From: an uncultured Desulfobacter sp.
GTDB taxonomy: Bacteria; Desulfobacterota; Desulfobacteria; Desulfobacterales; Desulfobacteraceae
Assembly (NCBI GenBank): GCA_963665095.1
Contig: OY762069.1
Coordinates: 1,024,001 to 1,088,000, forward strand
Reading direction: 5' to 3'
DNA length: 64,000 bases
The notes beneath the pieces were generated by a model, which worked only from the letters and a program-made list of their open reading frames with translations, ran no database searches and was not told the DNA's origin. The translations under genes were made by a program, and so were the position numbers. This document shows positions 58,498 to 64,000 of the stretch, one piece after another (position 1 is the stretch's first letter; each line of letters begins with the position of its first letter).

Positions 58498-59004
58498 TTA
58501 AGATCTTAATTTCCTGTTAAACAGCCGGAAAAGATATAAAGATGCGGCCAGCATGACCACATCTCTCACCAGTAGCCAGATGGAGGCCCAGGTTCCCCTG
58601 GTCTCCCCCAGTGAAAAACATCCACAGTCAAATTCATGGCCCCGAATCAGGTTAAATGCAATCAGAAGAATAAATCCGACCAGCATGGCCTCAATAAGGA
58701 TCAGCGCAGACCGCTTACAGATACCTGCAATTAGGCAGATACCGGTAATCAGTTCCACAAAAGGCATTACAATGGCCAGAATATTAATGACCTGATGGGG
58801 AAACACGGCATAGCCGTATAAAATTTTTGCAAACTGGTCAGGTGCCACAATTTTATGCCATGAGGCAAAAATAAAAGTAATCCCGAGAAACAGCCGAAGT
58901 GCCCATTCAACCATATTCATTTTAACCATGTTGCCATCATACGATTCAAACGGGACAGAAGTTTTCTGCCCCCGACCTTTTTGAAAAAAGTAGACCTCAC
59001 TCAT
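58498..59004 (-). CDS. MauE/DoxX family membrane protein
   Basis: LRLFLGITFIFASWHKI..P..F, PFVELITG, RGHEFDCGCF, LVRD. Start uncertain. Confidence 0.85.
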   Translation of the reverse strand: MSEVYFFQKGRGQKTSVPFESYDGNMVKMNMVEWALRLFLGITFIFASWHKIVAPDQFAKILYGYAVFPHQVINILAIVMPFVELITGICLIAGICKRSALILIEAMLVGFILLIAFNLIRGHEFDCGCFSLGETRGTWASIWLLVRDVVMLAASLYLFRLFNRKLRS

Positions 59005-59524
59005 TAGCCTGCCCTCCGCCTGTTGCAACGTCAAAGCTCATCTCCTGCCACTCAGAAAACCCGCCGGCATACACTGACACATGAAGAAATCCCATCTCCA
59101 TAAGGTGTTCGGCAAACGTATGGGAGTCGGAGCAGGTCACCCCGGCACAATAGGCCAGAATATTGTCTTCCGGTTTAACAAGCTTCAGTACAGACTGTTC
59201 ATCATTCCACAGATCGTCCAAAGGGAAATTAACAGCCCCGGGGATATGTCCTTCGACATAAGCTTCCTGCCAGCGGACATCAACTACCACATAATCGCCT
59301 GATTCCACCATACGTTTGGCCCTGAGGGGATCATTGATCTGAATGACTTCCCGGTCTACAGGTATATTTGAGCCGGCCATTATTACCCCCTGTTCAGGAT
59401 CCCACTGACCAAAGAGAGGGATACCGTTAGGAGAAACGGCATTAACGCTGAAACTGATAACAAGACTGACGGCCAGAAGCAAAAGGGACAGCCCAACATC
59501 TTTTTTTAAAATCATCATCTTCAT
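58997..59524 (-). CDS. Membrane-anchored rhodanese-domain protein
   Basis: N-terminal TM; VDVR....EGHIPGAVN, YCAGVTCSDS, YAGGFSEW. Confidence 0.88.
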   Translation of the reverse strand: MKMMILKKDVGLSLLLLAVSLVISFSVNAVSPNGIPLFGQWDPEQGVIMAGSNIPVDREVIQINDPLRAKRMVESGDYVVVDVRWQEAYVEGHIPGAVNFPLDDLWNDEQSVLKLVKPEDNILAYCAGVTCSDSHTFAEHLMEMGFLHVSVYAGGFSEWQEMSFDVATGGGQANE

Positions 59525-59535
59525 TCTTTTTAAAA

Positions 59536-59925
59536 CTATAGCCTTGATTTAATGTTTTTAAATACATCCACGCGCTTCTGCATAATCAGGAGCATGAGCC
59601 ACTTTTCAAGCAGTGCTGCTACACGGACCTCTTTGGAGCTGTCTGACAAATCCGGCATGATGACATCCGTCCGGCCCTGATTTAATTCAGAAGATGCCGT
59701 TTCATGTTCAACGCGCCCGGTGATTGAATTTGTTTTTTCCTGTTCAATCACCGACAACGGCATTTGCGCTACACTGGCTTGCAATCGGGACACGGCATCT
59801 GATATGTCATTTGTATCCGGATACCTTGAGGTATCAAGCGCCCTGTACATATCAAGCGCATCCTTAACATATCCCTGCTTTTCATAAAGCCGGGCCAGGG
59901 CCAGGCTTGCAAAATTACGGGTCAT
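59536..59925 (-). CDS. Hypothetical protein with single TPR-like motif
   Basis: SLALARLYEKQGYVKDALDMY; overlaps the stop of the upstream gene by 4 bp. Confidence 0.65.
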   Translation of the reverse strand: MTRNFASLALARLYEKQGYVKDALDMYRALDTSRYPDTNDISDAVSRLQASVAQMPLSVIEQEKTNSITGRVEHETASSELNQGRTDVIMPDLSDSSKEVRVAALLEKWLMLLIMQKRVDVFKNIKSRL

Positions 59926-60224
59926 TTTTCAGATCCTTGATTTTTTGTTTTCTCTTTAAACACCAGTTCATCCGGACCGACCATGTCATGTTCATGTCTG
60001 GCCAGGTGTTTGATATATTCGATGTCAGATTTCAGTTTACTGATCTCTTTTTCCAAATTCCTGTTCTGATGGGCTGCTAGTGTCGCCTGTCTTTCAAGCT
60101 GCTCCTGCTTAGTTTTGAGCCGGGAGTAATCCATAACCCCTCTGGTGGAGAAAAAAAACATACCCAAAAGAAACACTGCCCCCGCCAGGGCCAGGTACAG
60201 ACATATTTTTTCTATTCTGGTCAT
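59922..60224 (-). CDS. ftsB: Septum formation initiator (FtsB/DivIC family)
   Basis: One TM, G..DY, coiled coil, YIKHLARHEHDMVGPDELVF. Confidence 0.8.
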   Translation of the reverse strand: MTRIEKICLYLALAGAVFLLGMFFFSTRGVMDYSRLKTKQEQLERQATLAAHQNRNLEKEISKLKSDIEYIKHLARHEHDMVGPDELVFKEKTKNQGSEK

Positions 60225-60238
60225 CTGTTTTTATCGGG

Positions 60239-61831
60239 TCACTTACGTTTTAGGAACAACGCTGTCAGCATTGTCATCTCCGGATTTGCAGTTAAAAAGG
60301 CACCCAAAAAATACCCCCCTGCCCCGATACCGACACTGACGGCAAGACCTACAGCCTGAAGCATACCAGACCCTGCTGAAAAAAAATGCCAGATCCCCCG
60401 GACAAGAAGAGACATTATAACAGACATAAAAACCGCCCGGCAAGCGCAAACCAACAAACCGCCCATGCGAATACCAGAAGGGCCGGCCAGAACAAGATAG
60501 GCAAATCCGGTCATGCCAGCCAGGGATATGGCAAGCCCTAAACCAGTGACGCCCATAGCCCGCACAAGTCCCTGGGAAAAGATAATATTGCTGCCGATGG
60601 ATATAAGTCCGGCTATAAACGGCAGCCGGGTCATAGAAAGCGCATAAAAAAAGGAGACAAAGAGCCGTGTGCCAGCCACTGCCCATAACCCTGAAACCAT
60701 AAACAACAGGCACTGGCCGGTCTGTTCAGTTGCGGCAGCGTCAAACGCACCCCGCTGAAATAATAAAGAGACAATGGGCCGATTCAATACCATGATGCCA
60801 GCCATGGCAGGGATAGTAAGAAAAAACACCATACGCAACCCGGCGTCAAACAACGGGTCTTGGATATCCGGTCGCTCTCCTTGCCCCCCCTTAAAATCGC
60901 AAACAGTATCTGATTCATTTCCCTTTTCAGTACCTGCTGTGGCGTATTTGCCGGCTAGCATGGGCAACAGCACGGCAGCCACAGGTGATGCAATCAACGC
61001 CAGGGGAAACTGAACCAGGCGTTCAGCGTAGTTAAGAAATGAGACAGCACCGGCATCGAGCGTTGATGCCGTCAATCCTGCTGTCAGTACATTGATCTGG
61101 AATGCGGCAGCCCCGATGATTGAAGGGCCTAAGGCGGTAAATGCTTTGTTTATACCCGGATGGCTCCAAACAAATTGTCTGAAATCGAACAAGCCACACC
61201 TCTTAAGACTTGGAAGCTGAAATACCAGTTGAGCAATGCCTCCAATGGTTACCCCGAAAGCCAGCACGGCAACCTGAGGTGAAAACCGGTCTGCAAGCAG
61301 CCATGCTGCTGTAATAATACTTAAATTTAAAAGGATTGGTGTGGCTGCAGGCACATGGAAATTGCCATTTGCATGAAGCGCACTCATGGAAAGTGCTACG
61401 AAAAAGATAATCCCCATATATGGCATCATAATTCGAAACAGAAGGCTGGCCAGAATATTGCTGTATGAATTTTGTTCATAGCCGGGGACACAAAGCTGTA
61501 TGATGACCGGGGCAAAATAAAGCCCAATACTTATCAGGAGAGCAGCAATGACAGATATCCAGAACAGGGCATTTAGAAACATGGCAGCGGCCTGGCCTGT
61601 TCTGTTTCTTGCATAAGATTCTGAAAATAAAGGGATAAAGGAGATGCTCAAAATACCGTCTGACATTATTTTCCGAACCAGATCAAAGGGCCTGAACGCA
61701 ATAAAAAAGGCATCTGAAACAGTTCCGGCCCCGAAGATGAAGGCAATAAATCCATCCCTTATTACCCCGAACACCCTTGAAACCAGAGTGATGCTGCTTA
61801 CAGTCGCTGCTTTTTTAAAAAAATCGAACAT
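60239..61831 (-). CDS. murJ: Lipid II flippase MurJ/MviN
   Basis: SRVFGVIRD, DAFFIAFR, DGILSISFIP, YAERLVQFPL, LFQRGAF. Start at ATG 61831. Confidence 0.93.
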   Translation of the reverse strand: MFDFFKKAATVSSITLVSRVFGVIRDGFIAFIFGAGTVSDAFFIAFRPFDLVRKIMSDGILSISFIPLFSESYARNRTGQAAAMFLNALFWISVIAALLISIGLYFAPVIIQLCVPGYEQNSYSNILASLLFRIMMPYMGIIFFVALSMSALHANGNFHVPAATPILLNLSIITAAWLLADRFSPQVAVLAFGVTIGGIAQLVFQLPSLKRCGLFDFRQFVWSHPGINKAFTALGPSIIGAAAFQINVLTAGLTASTLDAGAVSFLNYAERLVQFPLALIASPVAAVLLPMLAGKYATAGTEKGNESDTVCDFKGGQGERPDIQDPLFDAGLRMVFFLTIPAMAGIMVLNRPIVSLLFQRGAFDAAATEQTGQCLLFMVSGLWAVAGTRLFVSFFYALSMTRLPFIAGLISIGSNIIFSQGLVRAMGVTGLGLAISLAGMTGFAYLVLAGPSGIRMGGLLVCACRAVFMSVIMSLLVRGIWHFFSAGSGMLQAVGLAVSVGIGAGGYFLGAFLTANPEMTMLTALFLKRK

Positions 61832-61843
61832 AGGAAGTTTTCC

Positions 61844-61872
61844 TTGACAGAATCGGGGCATTTATATATGTT
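61844..61872 (+). promoter_or_regulatory. Sigma70-type promoter for rpsT
   Basis: TTGACA-N17-TATGTT upstream of rpsT. Confidence 0.6.
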
Positions 61873-61937
61873 ACCGAATTTGATAAATGCTTATTATTTT
61901 ACTTTAATTCAATTTTTTACGAAGGAGCTAGACCAAG

Positions 61938-62189
61938 TTGGCGAACCATAAATCAGCAAAAAAACGCGCAAAACAAAACCAGGTAAGACGGATGAGAAAC
62001 AGATCCGTAAAAACGTCCCTCAAAACCCTTGAAAAAAAACTTCGTGCCGCAAAGGAATCCGGTGAGAGCACCGAGGAGCTGATGAAACAAACTCAGTCCG
62101 CCATTCACAAAGCAGCCAAAAAAGGTATTGTTCACAAGAAAACCGCTTCAAGGAAAATTTCACGGCTGTTCAAGTTTGTGAACGCCTGA
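61938..62189 (+). CDS. rpsT: 30S ribosomal protein S20
   Basis: MANHKSAKKRAKQ...KGIVHKKTASRKISRL; TTG start after aaggag. Confidence 0.97.
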   Translation: MANHKSAKKRAKQNQVRRMRNRSVKTSLKTLEKKLRAAKESGESTEELMKQTQSAIHKAAKKGIVHKKTASRKISRLFKFVNA

Positions 62190-62253
62190 TATGCGCACAT
62201 TTGCACTACTTTTGTACCGCTGTTGGTCCGGATCATTAGCCGTTAGATAATCA

Positions 62254-62285
62254 AAGCCCGGCCCCTTTAATCAGGGGCCAGGCTT
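62254..62285. terminator. Hairpin between convergent rpsT and lptE
   Basis: aagcccggcccct-ttaatc-aggggccaggctt. Confidence 0.6.
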
Positions 62286-62304
62286 AGGTTTCTATTTCAT
62301 ACCA

Positions 62305-62817
62305 CTAAAAATTGCTCATCATCTGACTGACAAGCCGTTCGGCAACCCGTTCGGCAATGAGATCAACTGCCTCATCTTTACTGGCTTCATCACTTACGGA
62401 ATCGTTCGATACTGTGTAAGATTCTGTGGCGGATAAATTTTTAACCGACCACATGATTCCACCATCCCCGCCAATCAGGCTTGCATCAATAACGGCCTTC
62501 ACTTCCCTTTCTGTTACATTTTCCGTGGAAGACCTGGACAATGTGGTAAAGGTGACGGATTTCACCGTACCGATAACTTTACGGGTAGATTTGTCCGCAT
62601 CAACAACTATGGTATTGGACTTTTCAGTAATTTCCCGGATCAGTTCATTGGCAAAAGAGATTCCGGCCCTGATTTGGGCACTTTTATTCTCAAACACAGA
62701 CACCGATACCCTTGTCACGCCATCTTGAATGTAACCGCCCCCGGTCAGATGATACCCGCACCCTGCCCCGGTAATTAATAAAGACACAATCAGCAGCCAT
62801 GAATAAATTATCTTCAT
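62305..62817 (-). CDS. lptE: LPS assembly lipoprotein LptE family
   Basis: Lipobox AGCGY; directly downstream of leuS (conserved leuS-lptE order). Confidence 0.8.
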   Translation of the reverse strand: MKIIYSWLLIVSLLITGAGCGYHLTGGGYIQDGVTRVSVSVFENKSAQIRAGISFANELIREITEKSNTIVVDADKSTRKVIGTVKSVTFTTLSRSSTENVTEREVKAVIDASLIGGDGGIMWSVKNLSATESYTVSNDSVSDEASKDEAVDLIAERVAERLVSQMMSNF

Positions 62818-62820
62818 CTG

Positions 62821-64000
62821 TTACACCACAATATTGACAAGGATCTGTTTTTTGCGGATTACAATAATTTTTCGAATCTCCTTATCTTCCACATATTTCA
62901 CAATCCGGGAATCTGAAAGTGCCGTTGTTTTGATCTCCTCTTCTCCGGCATCCGCACCTGTGGAAAATTTTGCACGAAGTTTCCCATTCACCTGAACCAC
63001 CACCAGCACCTCATCGGTTTGAAGGGAATCGTTTCTGTATTCAGGCCAGGGCTGTTCCAGTATGGACTCTTTGTGGCCCATATGCTTGAACAGCTCTTCG
63101 CAAAAATGAGGAATGATGGGGCTGAGTAAAAGCAATACGTTTTCAAGGCAGAACCAGACAACAGATTTAAGCTCAGAATCAGCCTTGTCAAGCTCAACAC
63201 CGTACATGGCGTTAACCAGCTCCATCACCGCTGCGATGGCTGTATTAAAATGAAAGCTGGCATCAATGTCATCCGTAACTTTCTGGATGGTCTGATTTGC
63301 TTTGATATATAACTCTTTGGCCTGGGCAGACTGAAGAGAGGACGCCGGGCCATTAAAAGAATCAATTCCCTGAATGGTCTCCATGCAGGACAATGCCAGA
63401 CGCCAGACGCGGTTGACAAACCGGTTGCTGCCTTCCACACCATCCTCACTCCATTCCAGATCTCTTTCCGGAGGGGCGGCAAACAGACAGAAAAGCCGGG
63501 TGACATCAGCGCCGTATTTTTCCAGAAGTTCATTGGGATTGACTACGTTTTTCTTGGATTTGGACATTTTGATTACACGGCCCACCTCCACATCATTCCC
63601 GCACATGGTACAGACCAGTGCCCCATCTTTTTTCTCGGTCTGTTCCGGAAACAGATACCCGTGTTCAGGGCAGGTCATGGTCTCCTTGCACACCATGCCC
63701 TGGGTTAAAAGCCGGGTAAAGGGCTCCTTAAAAGGTACCAGGCCAAGGGTGTTAAGTACCCGCAAAAAATACCGTGAATAAAGGAGATGGAGTACCGCAT
63801 GTTCCACACCGCCGATATATTGATCCACAGGCATCCAGTATTCCACGGCCTTGGGATCAAACATGCCTTTTTCATATCTGGGGGAACAGTATCTTAAATA
63901 ATACCAGGAGGACTCCACAAAGGTATCCATGGTATCGGTATCTCTTCTGGCGTCATCCCTGCCGCAGACAGGACAAGTGGTTTTCGCAAAATAATCCAGA
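62821..64000 (-). CDS. leuS: Leucyl-tRNA synthetase (partial, 5' end beyond window)
   Basis: [54 protein letters not shown]. Confidence 0.97.
   Translation of the reverse strand, partial: LDYFAKTTCPVCGRDDARRDTDTMDTFVESSWYYLRYCSPRYEKGMFDPKAVEYWMPVDQYIGGVEHAVLHLLYSRYFLRVLNTLGLVPFKEPFTRLLTQGMVCKETMTCPEHGYLFPEQTEKKDGALVCTMCGNDVEVGRVIKMSKSKKNVVNPNELLEKYGADVTRLFCLFAAPPERDLEWSEDGVEGSNRFVNRVWRLALSCMETIQGIDSFNGPASSLQSAQAKELYIKANQTIQKVTDDIDASFHFNTAIAAVMELVNAMYGVELDKADSELKSVVWFCLENVLLLLSPIIPHFCEELFKHMGHKESILEQPWPEYRNDSLQTDEVLVVVQVNGKLRAKFSTGADAGEEEIKTTALSDSRIVKYVEDKEIRKIIVIRKKQILVNIVV

Noticed and set aside
1..64000. CRISPR arrays, tRNA/rRNA genes, IS elements, prophage genes
   Set aside because: No regularly spaced repeats, RNA gene signatures, transposase, integrase or phage structural ORFs were recognised; short or divergent RNAs could be missed by eye.

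Overview
A 64-kb bacterial chromosomal window. Gene content and sequence style suggest a sulfate-reducing deltaproteobacterium (Desulfobacteraceae-like); this assignment is inference. Most of it is housekeeping: gcvT (partial), lpdA, fabH, pgi, glmM, xseAB-ispA-dxs-tlyA, an EF-G paralogue, nhaD, ftsB-like, murJ, rpsT, lptE and leuS (partial). Five things stand out. (1) A 28-bp XerCD dif site at 28027-28054, with GGGNAGGG (KOPS) octamers switching strand across it, so the window probably spans the replication terminus. (2) A ~9.6-kb defence island after glmM (type I R-M hsdR-hsdM-hsdS plus an IetAS-like AAA ATPase and S8 protease); hsdM has an in-frame TAG and the protease appears to have an internal in-frame deletion. 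(3) A glutaryl-CoA dehydrogenase / Na+-pumping glutaconyl-CoA decarboxylase operon, including a 52-aa delta subunit missing from the ORF track. (4) A decayed, permease-less SBP-like / G3E GTPase / ABC ATPase operon behind an intact sigma54 promoter with a UAS and IHF-like site. (5) An expanded MglB-MglA small-GTPase locus with two more roadblock-like proteins, a large acidic protein and a convergent DUF4388-like protein, the last two ending in MinD-like amphipathic tails; this is the best candidate for an undescribed system. No rRNA, tRNA, CRISPR array, integrase or transposase was recognised. All family calls come from motif recognition by eye, not database searches.
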